Shown here: piece after piece, positions 19,330 through 28,839 of the stretch
Layout of the letters: the number at the start of each line of letters is the position of its first letter
Numbering within the stretch: the stretch's first letter is position 1
Notes under the pieces: generated by a model
Database searches by the model: none
Seen by the model: the letters and a program-made list of their open reading frames with translations, nothing else
Told to the model about the DNA's origin: nothing
Translations under genes and position numbers: made by a program
Origin: Candidatus Moanibacter sp.
Lineage (GTDB): Bacteria > Verrucomicrobiota > Verrucomicrobiia > Opitutales > UBA2987
Length of the DNA stretch: 64,000 nucleotides
NCBI GenBank assembly: GCA_965215885.1
Contig: CBDCEW010000097.1
Coordinates: 100,234-164,233 of the forward strand
Direction of reading: 5' to 3'

Positions 19330-21147
19330 TTGCGGGCAGAGGCTGAACGGGCCCTGCAAACGGTGGGGGCTGTGCCTGCGCAAACGAGTTATCGCTTCGA
19401 TGCCCGGGAGGACGAAGAGGGTCCTTCAGAGGTGCGCAAGACCCTGCGCCGCAAGGTGGTCAGTTTCTCCTATGGATGCTTCCAGGCGGTGGAAGTTGTG
19501 CGCGAGCAGGGGCAAGGGAGCCACCGCAACAGCTACCGTTCTGCTCGCCTGGAACAGATCGTGCCCTCGCATAGTCGCTACGCTTACGATCTGATTGCCT
19601 ATGTGGGCAAGCGATGTTTGTGCGAAAGCGCCACCCTCAAAGAGGTGCACAGGGAACTGCGCGAGGGCCCGGGGCAGCTGCAGATTGCTCAAAGCAGCCT
19701 CTATGAGATGCAGCAGAAGTTTCTTTTTTATCTGGGTCGGCTGCACGCCGCGGCCGCTCCGGTGCTTAAAGATTACCTGAGCGCTCGCCCTTGCCTGCGC
19801 TGGCTGGTGGATGGGACCGTGGAACCGCAGACGCCGGTTTTCTTCGCTGTTCAGGAAGCCGACGAAGGGATCCTTTTGGGCAGCTGGAAAATGCCTTCCG
19901 AACAGAGCGAAACGATCAGTGGCTGTTTTGCCCGGGCGGCCCGGGCTTTTGGCCAACCCCACCATGTCTATCATGATTTAAGCGCTCAGATCAGCAAGGC
20001 CTGCGAGAGCGAAACCTTCCAGGCCCCCCATGGCGTCTGCCATTATCATTTCGCCCGCAATGTGGGCGAACAGCTTTATCGAAAACCCCAGCAGATGCTC
20101 AACGGGCGCTTGCGGCAATTGAAGCTCATGGAGCGCATGCGCGAGCAACGCAAACACATCACCGCAAAGCTCCGTGACGCCCTCCGTGAAAAACACGCCC
20201 TCGTCCTGGCCGATTTGCTCACCGCCAAAGCGCTCGCAGTGCCCTTCGATCCCACCCTTGCACGGGAACTGCTCATGGCCCTGCAATTGTGGATTTTGGA
20301 TTATCCCTGCGACGGTCACCGCCAGGGCTTTCCCTTCGATCCTTACCTGCTTTATTGGCATCGGCGGGTCGTGCGCGCCCATGCCGCCCTGGAGCAGTGG
20401 CTTGCCCGCGCTCCTGCCAGTTGCTCTGTTCTGCGAAGCTTCTTTCATCTTTCGACCGGGTTGAAGCAGTATCTGGCTGATGCCCTCGTCATCGAAGCCG
20501 CTACTATCTATGAAAACGCTTTTTGCATTTTCAGCGCTTTGCGCGATGCCCTTTGGCTCAGCGCCAGCGGCCCCTGCCCTTTAAGCGACCCTTATCTGTT
20601 GCAAGCAGGACAAGCCGCTGAGCTCACCGAGGCTCTCCAGTTGCTGCGTGCCCAATATCGCCAAAAAGGCGCCTCCCTGACCAACCCCTCGAAAGCCAAA
20701 CTCTACCGCACCGTGGTCACTCATCTGGACAAATACTGGCAGCGGCTGCTTCCCCCACCGGCCCATCCAGACAGCGTACGCACGACCAATGAGCTGGAAG
20801 GCACCTGGCGCACCTCCAAGCGCAAACGCCGTCAAACCCACGGGCGCAAAAATCTGACGCGCGACTTTGAAGCGCTCCCCGAAGAATACATGCTCCTGGC
20901 CAACTTACACAATCCCCGCTATGTGGAGCTGGTTTTAGGCAGTATCGATAATCTGCCCCAAAAGCTTGCCCAGGCTGCACAGAAAGCACCCCCCTTCAGT
21001 CACTGGCGGGCGAACAGAAAAACCCTCGCCGTGGGTCGATTGCCCAAAAAGCTCCTGCGAAAAGAAAACTTCCTTGAGGAACTCTTCGAAGTCTGTAATC
21101 GCCAGGATCAATCCTTAAACCCGCAACCCCATCGGATTGCCTCCTGA
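19330..21147 (+). CDS. Putative DDE transposase, MULE/IS256-like (ORF B)
   Basis: Motifs LVDGT, YHDL, CHYHF (CxxH) and RTTNELE. Confidence 0.75.
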   Translation: MRAEAERALQTVGAVPAQTSYRFDAREDEEGPSEVRKTLRRKVVSFSYGCFQAVEVVREQGQGSHRNSYRSARLEQIVPSHSRYAYDLIAYVGKRCLCESATLKEVHRELREGPGQLQIAQSSLYEMQQKFLFYLGRLHAAAAPVLKDYLSARPCLRWLVDGTVEPQTPVFFAVQEADEGILLGSWKMPSEQSETISGCFARAARAFGQPHHVYHDLSAQISKACESETFQAPHGVCHYHFARNVGEQLYRKPQQMLNGRLRQLKLMERMREQRKHITAKLRDALREKHALVLADLLTAKALAVPFDPTLARELLMALQLWILDYPCDGHRQGFPFDPYLLYWHRRVVRAHAALEQWLARAPASCSVLRSFFHLSTGLKQYLADALVIEAATIYENAFCIFSALRDALWLSASGPCPLSDPYLLQAGQAAELTEALQLLRAQYRQKGASLTNPSKAKLYRTVVTHLDKYWQRLLPPPAHPDSVRTTNELEGTWRTSKRKRRQTHGRKNLTRDFEALPEEYMLLANLHNPRYVELVLGSIDNLPQKLAQAAQKAPPFSHWRANRKTLAVGRLPKKLLRKENFLEELFEVCNRQDQSLNPQPHRIAS

Positions 21148-21506
21148 CAACGACTCCAGTGCCCTCCCTCTGCTCCCCATTTTCTTCATGCTCTAACCAG
21201 AGAACTCCACGCAATTTGCGTGCCAACCGAAATTCAGAACGATGGGTCTTGTGCCGGGGTGGTGCGCGATCTAAAGATACAATAAGCCAATGGCACCTTA
21301 CGCCCCCCGCGCCTTCTCGCCCCAGCGCGGCCGCGCTGGGGCGAGCGTCGGGGAGGCATCCGGTGTGTAGCAAGAAACGCGCGCCACCCCGGCACAAGAC
21401 CGGGGCAGCCAGCAATGGAAGGGAAAGAGGCTAAACAGGTACTACGGCAGACCGGTTCTCATCTTCTCTTTTCGTTGCGGCTTTGGTGCGCTGGGAGATC
21501 TTCGGG

Positions 21507-21870
21507 TCAAAAGTCGAGTGACTGTAGAAATGCGAGGAATGACTCGTTTGCGAAGCCCGTTAACGTTCTCTCTCCAACCTGCAGATTCATCCACGCTTCC
21601 TTCTTCGGATCAAGGACGGCAATCCGGGAAGTAGCGGTGTCGATTCGGATTACCTGATCTCCACTGCTGAAGATGCGAAATCGTCCGCCGCTCGCGCCGA
21701 GGATTTCGTCAATTTTGTTTTGAATATCATACGACTGCGAGTGTGGTAATTGGGTCGGGACAGCAGGATTCTCTGGACGTTTTCTAAGAGGGGATTCAAG
21801 AATCCCCGAAGAAGAAGCCGATAACCATAACGGTTAGGAAAGCGAACAATAAGTTTTCAAGTATTTTCAT
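21507..21870 (-). pseudogene. Small membrane-anchored protein with a 1-nt frameshift in a G-run
   Basis: MKILENLLFAFLTVMVIGFFFG continues as ILESPLRK...FLQSLDF if one G near 21805 is removed. Confidence 0.45.
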
Positions 21871-21997
21871 AGGGCCGGAATGATCGACCGATTCTGAGGG
21901 TTGTCAATCACGGTCATCAGACAGGAGGAATGGTAAACAGCAGTCGACGATCATACTGATTTCGCTGAAGACCACCACGTTCTTGTCCCGCTCGACG

Positions 21998-23603
21998 CAT
22001 ACGCGTAAACCTTATTTTCGCAACTTAGTCAGATTCAAAGACTTGCGAGGTATTTTGCGGCGGAGTATGAGGGTGTCTCTATCCTCGAGGTTCCACTCCA
22101 TTTGTTCGCCCTTTTCTATTTGCTTCGTTTCGACCACAGCGGTGAGGAAATTCGCAGTTGAGCGAGTGCATTTGGGCCGGGTTATCTTCTCTACTTTTAC
22201 CGTCTACCCCATTTTTTTTCACTTTGGCAGCATTTTATGCTGTACATTCGTTCATATATAGAATTTATCCTTCGGATGCAAAGTATAAAAAAAGCTGATT
22301 GTATCCGTCAAACCTTCCGTAAGTTGAACCTCACAGCCCTCGCTAAACAGAGTGGTTTTAGAGAGAGGAAATCGCGCAAGATCTCCCCTCTGAACTTTGT
22401 TTTGGCTTTGCTGGCGATGGCTTCTAAGGAGGCCTTGTCCCTTGGCAAAGAAGCCGAGCTTATTGGATTCTTAGCCAACCGCACCATTTCCAGACAAGCG
22501 GTCCAAAAGTGCGCCAAAAAAGCCACCGCTTTTATGACCTTAGTGCTCCTGAGGCTTTTAGAACTTAAAGCTTATGGGCCTGTGGGCAGAGCTGTTCCAA
22601 ATTGCATGAGGAGCTTTGAACGGGTTCTCATTGCCGACAGCACTTCGATTGGCTTGCCTAAGGTCCTGGCCCCCTTCTTCCCCGGAGCGTCCAATCAGAC
22701 AGGCTCCAAACAGGCTCAACTGAAGATTCAGGCCTATTACGATCTGCGCAATGGATCCTTCGTTGACTTCAGCCTCAGTAGCTTCCGAAAAAACGATCAG
22801 GCTGCTTCCAAAGACATTCTCGCTCTCGCTCAACCCAACGACTTGATCCTGCGCGACTTAGGCTATTTTGTCCTCGATGTCTTTAAGCAACTCGATCAGC
22901 GCGGCTGCTTCTTTGTGAGTCGTTTGAAAACCGGCACTTGCCTTTTAGCCAACGAAGGCGATGAAGAGCTCGATCTACGCAAACTTTTACGTGGCCAAAA
23001 GCTTCTCGATATGCCCGTTCGGGTGGGTAAAAAAGCCAAGCTTCCGGTTCGTCTGATCGCCGTCAAACTCCCTCAGAAGGTGGCCCATAAACGCCGCCGC
23101 GAGCATAGACAAAACCGCGACAATAGACTTCGATATACCAGCCGCACCAGCTTCCTTCTCGGTTTCCAAATCTTTATTACAAACCTCCATCAGAAAGACT
23201 TTAGCCCTAAGCAGATTCTGAGCTTTTACGGGCTTCGCTGGCGCATCGAAATTTTCTTTAAGGCCTTTAAGCAACATCTTAATCTCGGTCAGGTCAAAGA
23301 GACTACTCCCTACCAGGTTGAGCTTCTTATCTACGCCCGTCTCATCCTCATTACCCACTTACTCAACTTCGTCTATGGTCCCCTTAGACACTATTCGAAT
23401 ACCAGTTTGTCCTCTCCTCTGAGTATCCTTAAATTCTCCTACTGGTTTGGCTTCTTTGCTCCCTACTTCTTCATCCTCTCTCACATTCCCAAAGATCAGA
23501 TCATCCCCCGATGGCTCAAACAAATCCCCAAACACTGCACCTATGAAAAGCGTTCTCGACTTGATTTCCTCTCTTGTTTCTTCTCCTTAGGTTAACGCAA
23601 ATG
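21998..23603 (+). mobile_element. IS4-family element (CAT ends, IS231/ISH8-like) with 9-bp TSD CGCTCGACG
   Basis: Ends CATACGCGTAAACCT / AGGTTAACGCAAATG; TSD at 21989-21997 and 23604-23612. Confidence 0.92.
22237..23595 (+). CDS. IS4-family transposase
   Basis: Motifs IADSTSIGLP, LRDLGYF and YGLRWRIEIFFKAFK. Confidence 0.95.
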   Translation: MLYIRSYIEFILRMQSIKKADCIRQTFRKLNLTALAKQSGFRERKSRKISPLNFVLALLAMASKEALSLGKEAELIGFLANRTISRQAVQKCAKKATAFMTLVLLRLLELKAYGPVGRAVPNCMRSFERVLIADSTSIGLPKVLAPFFPGASNQTGSKQAQLKIQAYYDLRNGSFVDFSLSSFRKNDQAASKDILALAQPNDLILRDLGYFVLDVFKQLDQRGCFFVSRLKTGTCLLANEGDEELDLRKLLRGQKLLDMPVRVGKKAKLPVRLIAVKLPQKVAHKRRREHRQNRDNRLRYTSRTSFLLGFQIFITNLHQKDFSPKQILSFYGLRWRIEIFFKAFKQHLNLGQVKETTPYQVELLIYARLILITHLLNFVYGPLRHYSNTSLSSPLSILKFSYWFGFFAPYFFILSHIPKDQIIPRWLKQIPKHCTYEKRSRLDFLSCFFSLG

Positions 23604-23723
23604 CGCTCGACGGGACGGCTACGGTGCTCCGTAAGTCGTTGATAAATGGAGCCGCCCTGCCGTACGCCAGGGTGGTCGCGCATTGCGCGACGGAGACTTT
23701 TTCACAGGATTCATTAGCTTGCT

Positions 23724-23917
23724 ACGGGGTCGCTGACTTTTTCAGGCATCATCGTGCGCGGAGCGCCCGATCCACCCGTAGCAAGGATGTTAGTGGTGGA
23801 ACGGCCCCTCCGGGGACGTTTGTTTCAACTTCGAAAATAGCATAGGCAATTAAGTTCCAAATGGTGAAAGAGTTAGATACCCCGTCCCCTGCATGCCGGG
23901 ACGGGGAGTTTTCATTT
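23724..23917 (-). repeat. Hairpin-ended ~200-bp element (PATE-like), copy A
   Basis: Reverse-complement homologue of 36052-36244; terminal hairpin CCCCGTCCC...GGGACGGGG followed by AGTTTTCA. Confidence 0.8.
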
Positions 23918-24058
23918 TTGAGGTATGATCGTTGAGAGTTTATGGCTTGTGTCTTGAGTCTTAACGATCAGGTCGGCGTCGCGTGTTACCTTTATGAGGC
24001 TAGATCCAGTTTTCCTCACCTGATTATCCTTCCTAATTGGGTCAGAGCTAAAAAAATA

Positions 24059-24547
24059 TCACTGGGGCCAGGTAAGCGTAGTTTGGGAGTTGAATTCATC
24101 GATGGTGTCTTGCAGCATGTGTATCTCATGCTGGAACTCGCCTATCCACCGATCGACTTCGTCGCGCTTGATGTCTGCCACGTATTTGACTTCGCGAGGG
24201 TCCCGGCGTGAAAAGAAGCCTCCGCTATCCGCGGCGTTCCCTTCCTTCGTATCGAGCGATTTAAGAAACTCGATGAGTCCGCGTAGTTCGGCCTGGAGGT
24301 TCAGCATCGCGTAGATCCCGCCGCTCAATTCGGGGGTGCCGGTATTTGCTGTAGCGATGAGAGCTTTGAGCGTGGCCAGATCTCGACACTTTCCGACCAA
24401 ATCGGTAAAGGCGGTCCTTGAATTCGCGCGTGCCTCCTCGGTTTCAGGGAGAGAGTTTTCGCGATTTATAATATCGCGCATTCGCGAAATCTCACCGGCC
24501 ATACGGTTCTTCAGTTTCAGAGCTTGGGCGAGGGAGATCGTTTTCAT
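24059..24547 (-). CDS. Coiled-coil protein resembling the DIP1984/DUF6847 family
   Basis: N-terminal SLAQALKLKNR, central LKALIATAN, C-terminal LQDTIDEFNSQT; family call from recollection. Confidence 0.65.
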   Translation of the reverse strand: MKTISLAQALKLKNRMAGEISRMRDIINRENSLPETEEARANSRTAFTDLVGKCRDLATLKALIATANTGTPELSGGIYAMLNLQAELRGLIEFLKSLDTKEGNAADSGGFFSRRDPREVKYVADIKRDEVDRWIGEFQHEIHMLQDTIDEFNSQTTLTWPQ

Positions 24548-24686
24548 CGTAGACAAGCGGGTTGAATGGATTAAGACTCTGAACCGTTCGCTGATCTTAT
24601 TTGTTCTGTGCCTTGGATCGCTAACAGGCTAATCTTGAGACACGATTCGGAAACAGGGAAACCGGAACAGGATAACATTCTAATAA

Positions 24687-24714
24687 AGTATCGGTACCGA
24701 TGCCGGTAGGTCAA
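24687..24714 (-). promoter_or_regulatory. Putative sigma70 promoter with palindromic operator ATCGGTACCGAT in the spacer
   Basis: Minus strand reads TTGACC-taccggcatcggtaccg-ATACTT; perfect 12-bp palindrome at 24690-24701 between divergent genes. Confidence 0.5.
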
Positions 24715-24732
24715 CCCTTAATTTGAGAATAT

Positions 24733-25227
24733 ATGGGTCGACCGGGAAAGAGCGGGTCAGGGGAGGGACGTACCGAAAGTCTTAAAAAGGCCGACAAGAA
24801 ATACTGGAGCAAGCGCAAACGCGCCGGTTATCGGCAAACAAAGTTGATTGTACATGAGAATGTCATAAAGGCCTACGAAGGTGTGGTAGCGGAAGATCCC
24901 GGACCCTATTCACGAAATCGGGAGATGGTGGCCGCCTTGGAACGGTCTGCCGAGCGAATCGATCCCAATCTTCGCAAGGAGATTATTCGTGCGCTCAAGG
25001 GACAATGCGAACTCTGCGAAAGTGCCGCCCCATTCAAGGGAAGTGATGGATTGCCTTATCTTGAGATGCACCCTCTGACGGCACTTTCGGAAGGGGGCGA
25101 ACTGAGCTACGAGAATCTGGTGGGGCTATGCCCAAACTGCCATGCGCGGCTACATGACCTGCGAGAAGATGAAGATATCGCGCGTCTCGCGAAAAAGCTG
25201 AGTGCGCGAATTAAAAGACGAAACTGA
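24733..25227 (+). CDS. McrA-like HNH domain protein with basic N-terminus; catalytic motif altered
   Basis: CELC...APF...PYLEMHPL..LSEGG...ENLVGLCPNCH..LH. Confidence 0.8.
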   Translation: MGRPGKSGSGEGRTESLKKADKKYWSKRKRAGYRQTKLIVHENVIKAYEGVVAEDPGPYSRNREMVAALERSAERIDPNLRKEIIRALKGQCELCESAAPFKGSDGLPYLEMHPLTALSEGGELSYENLVGLCPNCHARLHDLREDEDIARLAKKLSARIKRRN

Positions 25228-25284
25228 AGCACCAGCCTGGTAATTACACACAAATTCCAGGCTGACCTGAACCTTCACTGTCCA

Positions 25285-25528
25285 TGCGGGTTTCCGGGCG
25301 ATACTTTCAGGCGTTTCAATAGCGAAAACGGCAAATATCGTCCTCGTCCTCGTCCTCGTTCTCCTCCTCGTCCTCGGAGCGCAGCGATCTTTATGGAACG
25401 ATCTATCCGAGAAATCACTCCTTCCACTCTCCGATTCACTTTGAGCGAGGAATCGAGGACGAGAACGAGGACGAGGTCTCGGGTGGCGGGAGACATGGCC
25501 ACCGGTTTCACTCTGCCGTACGGCAGAG
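25285..25528. repeat. MITE/REP-like element with (TCGTCC)n arms and a CTCTGCCGTACGGCAGAG palindrome
   Basis: TCGTCCTCGTCCTCG...GAGGACGAGAACGAGGACGA; related inverted copy at about 57395-57491. Confidence 0.7.
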
Positions 25529-25587
25529 TTTGATCCGACCAGCCCACACGCCGGGGATCGCACTGACTTTCCAAATGCGATGGATCC

Positions 25588-26433
25588 TTAGAAAAATCCG
25601 TCTAGAGAGGTTCGGTACTCGTCGAGCAGTGGAAGCACCGTTTCGCGATCAGCTGGTGGGAGGCGGAGAATGACTCGGTCGATTCCAGCCTCAGCATAGG
25701 ATTCCAAAGTGGGGATCTCCGGCTCCGGTCCATAGACAGAAACCGATATAGTTTCCAGGTCGCGACCTGCCCGTGCTGCCCGGTCCTTAAGGTCCGCGTA
25801 GTCCTGAACAATGTTTTCGGAAAGGAAGGCGAGAGGAATCCAGCCTTCACAGAAGTCGACCACGCGCTGCCGAGTAAAATGGCTGTTACCCCCCAGAATA
25901 ATGGGCGGGTGAGGATCTTGCACCGGCTTGGGCCAGGACCAGATTGGGCCGAAGTCGACAAATTCTCCATGATATTCGGCCTCCTCACGTGTCCAAATCT
26001 CCTTCATAGCCAGAACCTGCTCGCGCAGCTTCCTGAATCGCGTCTCGTAGATAGTTCCGTGGTGGCTCATCTCCGCGGAATTCCATCCGCCTCCAATTCC
26101 AAAAAAGAGTCGGCCATCTGAGATGTGGTCGAGACTTGCTGCTTCTTTGGCTGTTGTAATCGTATCGCGTTCGATAATAAGACAGATGCCTGTTCCCAAT
26201 TTTAGCTTTCCTGTTACCGCTGCCGCGGCCGTTAGGGTTACAAGGGGGTCGAGAATGTGGGAATACTCCTTTGGTAATGCCTGCCCACTCGGTAGAGTAG
26301 GTGGGCGGCTCACTGGAATATGGGTATGCTCCGGCACCCAGAGTGACTCAAAACCGCGCTCCTCAAGCGCCTGGGCCAGCTCGCAGATCCCAATAGAGTA
26401 ATCTGTCACGAATATGCAGGTTCCAATTTTCAT
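25588..26433 (-). CDS. LLM-class, probably F420-dependent, oxidoreductase
   Basis: Motifs EERGFESLWVPEHTHIP, AKEAASLDHISDGR, GIGGGWN and PKPVQDPHPPI. Confidence 0.9.
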   Translation of the reverse strand: MKIGTCIFVTDYSIGICELAQALEERGFESLWVPEHTHIPVSRPPTLPSGQALPKEYSHILDPLVTLTAAAAVTGKLKLGTGICLIIERDTITTAKEAASLDHISDGRLFFGIGGGWNSAEMSHHGTIYETRFRKLREQVLAMKEIWTREEAEYHGEFVDFGPIWSWPKPVQDPHPPIILGGNSHFTRQRVVDFCEGWIPLAFLSENIVQDYADLKDRAARAGRDLETISVSVYGPEPEIPTLESYAEAGIDRVILRLPPADRETVLPLLDEYRTSLDGFF

Positions 26434-27359
26434 TCCTGAGTTGCCTCCTTTTGTGGCTCATCCTGAAGCAAGAGATCAAGGCCGCGAATCATGTCCAGGA
26501 AAGTTCGAAGTCGCGACCTGTTCATCTTTCCGAAATTATGCCAGCATTCCCGCGATAAAGCCGACCGAAGTCGAGCGGCGAACTTCCTCCTCGCCGGCCA
26601 CACTCTGTACTACAAACTCGAAAAGGCTTGTTTCAATAACAAGAAATCTCTTACTCGAAAATATAACCCGTTGATGTTCAAGAATTATGGTTCTGTTTCT
26701 CCGAAAAGAAAGTCTCGCTAAAAAAATCTCAATGGAACATCCTGCTGAGCGGGACCGTACGGCAGACTCTACGAGATTGAAATTTGAATAAGGAAAGCAG
26801 GAAATCCGCGGGCACGCTGATCCCGATCGACCTCACGTCGAATGATGTTTTCTGGTCTCGCCAAGCCGGGATTGCACGTTGAATCAATGCGCGGTGTTCC
26901 CTGGCGCAGCGAAGACGGCTCGAATCCGCGGGAACACCCGTCCGACCACTTTCCACTGCTGAGCGCAGCGAAGTCCCGGCTTGCCGGGATCCACTGATTA
27001 CTTCCCCTCCCCCTTTGCGACTTTGCGGCTTCTTGACAGGGCGGAGTACCGCTTGCGAGTCGAAGACCGTTGCGTGAGAATTCTTTCCTCTTTCTCTCCG
27101 TTTTCTTTGTTTCTCCCGGCTCGCCGGGATTCAATTGTCTTTTCTCAGCATGCGTCTACCAGTTTGGTTGCGGCTTTGCTGCGCTAGGCCACACCCACCC
27201 CCAGCAAGCCTTGCGTCAAAGGATCCATATCCGTAATTCGATCAGCCAACTGGCATACTTAAACCGCTACACCCAATCGCGAAATGGCCTTGCGAAGGCA
27301 AACCGGCACGTGAGAGAATGATCGTTCCGTCGCTCGAATTCTATCTCTTTCGGAAGTAA

Positions 27360-27794
27360 ATGGAGATAATTCCTTACCGTAAGATTCCGCCGGATGCTGA
27401 AGTTCCGTTGCTCCATCCGGACTACAGGAGCACCGTTCTACGCGCGCCCAAGCGACCCCTGATACCGCTGGAACGCACCCTCTCAGAGATCACTGGTCCG
27501 GTGTTTGGCCATGAGAGAGTCGGTCTGCTCGACCATGACCTCACTCGACAGCATGAGGGAGAGCTATTGGGTGAGCGCATCATCGTGAGCGGACGCGTTA
27601 TGGACGAAGGCGGTAGGCCTTTATTTCGCCGACGAGGACTTGGCAAACTCGGAAGATCCAGTTCTCGCGTCGATTTCGGACGAAGCGGCACGAGTTTCGT
27701 TCCTTGCAGAGCCCTTTGTAAAGGAGGGCAGGAAGATTTACAAGTTCGATATTCATCTTCAAGGGGAGAAGGAGACGGCATTCTTTGATGTCTG
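27360..27794 (+). pseudogene. pcaH: Protocatechuate 3,4-dioxygenase remnant (5' pcaH joined to 3' pcaG)
   Basis: PDYRSTVLRAP...SEITGPVFG...DLT...GERIIVSGRVMD, followed in another frame by YKFDIHLQGEGETAFFDV. Confidence 0.85.
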
Positions 27795-27800
27795 AGCACC

Positions 27801-28586
27801 ATGCCCACCATTAAGACAGACGACAATGTAGCGCTTTATTATGAACTTGAAGGGGAGGCGACAAGCCCGGTCCTCCTTTTCTCAAATTCACTAGGCGCCA
27901 ATCTGAATATGTGGGAGGCACAGAGAGACGCTTTCGACGATCGCTTCCGCATTTTACGTTACGACAGCCGCGGACACGGCCGGTCAGAAGTGCCGACCGG
28001 GCCCTACTCGATCGAGCGATTGGCCAGAGATGTTTCTGCGCTACTCGACGGCCTCAGTGCGGAGAACGTCACTTTTTGTGGAATTTCATTGGGCGGCATG
28101 GTGGGTATGTGGCTCGGCGCCAACCAGCCGGAGCGTTTCGACAGGCTTGTTCTCTGTAACACCTCAGCCCATATGCCGCCGCCCAAAAACTGGACCGAGC
28201 GCGCCAATCTGGCGAGAAACGGGAAACTCAACGAGATCGTAGAACCGGTAATCGAGCGCTGGTTCACGGCGCCATTCCGCGAGCGCAGGCCTGAAGTGGT
28301 GGAAAGGATCCGAACTCAATTCCTGGTTACACCCAGCGAGGGATACGCCGGATCCTGCGAGGCGATCGGTTCCATGGACCAGCGTGAAACGATCGGTAGT
28401 ATACGAGTTCCGACGTTAGTCATTGCCGGTGAAAAGGATCCTGCAACGCCGCCGGAACAAGGCCGGTTTATTGCGGAACGTATTCCAGGAGCGCTCTACC
28501 ACGAGATTTCGGATGCGGCACACCTTTCCAATATCGAGCAGGGCGACCGCTTCAATTCGGCACTGGGCGACTTTTTGGCGGAGTGA
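27801..28586 (+). CDS. pcaD: 3-oxoadipate enol-lactonase
   Basis: Motifs LFSNSLG, RYDSRGHGRS, GISLGGM and AAHLSNIEQ; follows the pcaHG remnant. Confidence 0.9.
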   Translation: MPTIKTDDNVALYYELEGEATSPVLLFSNSLGANLNMWEAQRDAFDDRFRILRYDSRGHGRSEVPTGPYSIERLARDVSALLDGLSAENVTFCGISLGGMVGMWLGANQPERFDRLVLCNTSAHMPPPKNWTERANLARNGKLNEIVEPVIERWFTAPFRERRPEVVERIRTQFLVTPSEGYAGSCEAIGSMDQRETIGSIRVPTLVIAGEKDPATPPEQGRFIAERIPGALYHEISDAAHLSNIEQGDRFNSALGDFLAE

Positions 28587-28610
28587 AGATGATTAAACTT
28601 GATGTGTCCA

Positions 28611-28680
28611 GATGGCGAAAGAGTTAGATACCCTGTCCGCGGCAAGCCGGGACCGGGAGTTTTCATTCGGCAGAGGTATG
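28611..28680 (-). repeat. Partial copy of the PATE-like element
   Basis: ATGGCGAAAGAGTTAGATACCC...GGGAGTTTTCATT matches 23861-23917. Confidence 0.75.
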
Positions 28681-28839
28681 GCACAAAGTTTAGATATATC
28701 CTCTAAGAGCCTGTCGGCGAAGTCCGACAGGTTTTTAGGGGGCTTCTTTTCAGCGGTATGCCTCGCCCTGCCTTTCTTAGGGGCGAATCTGCGGGCCGAA
28801 TCGGGACGGAATATCTCGGGAAACTAATCTAATAGTCGA

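Larger units (their letters stand above)
18275..21261 (+). mobile_element. Two-ORF Mutator/IS256-like insertion element
   Basis: Perfect 20-bp IR CACCCCGGCACAAGACCCAT (18275-18294 / 21242-21261), extended inward by imperfect GAA.TT.GGTTGG; contains a DDE ORF. Confidence 0.7.

Noticed and set aside
24733..25227. HNH protein as an IscB/Cas9/Tas-type RNA-guided nuclease
   Set aside because: Only 164 aa, with no RuvC or Nop-like segment and no guide array seen.
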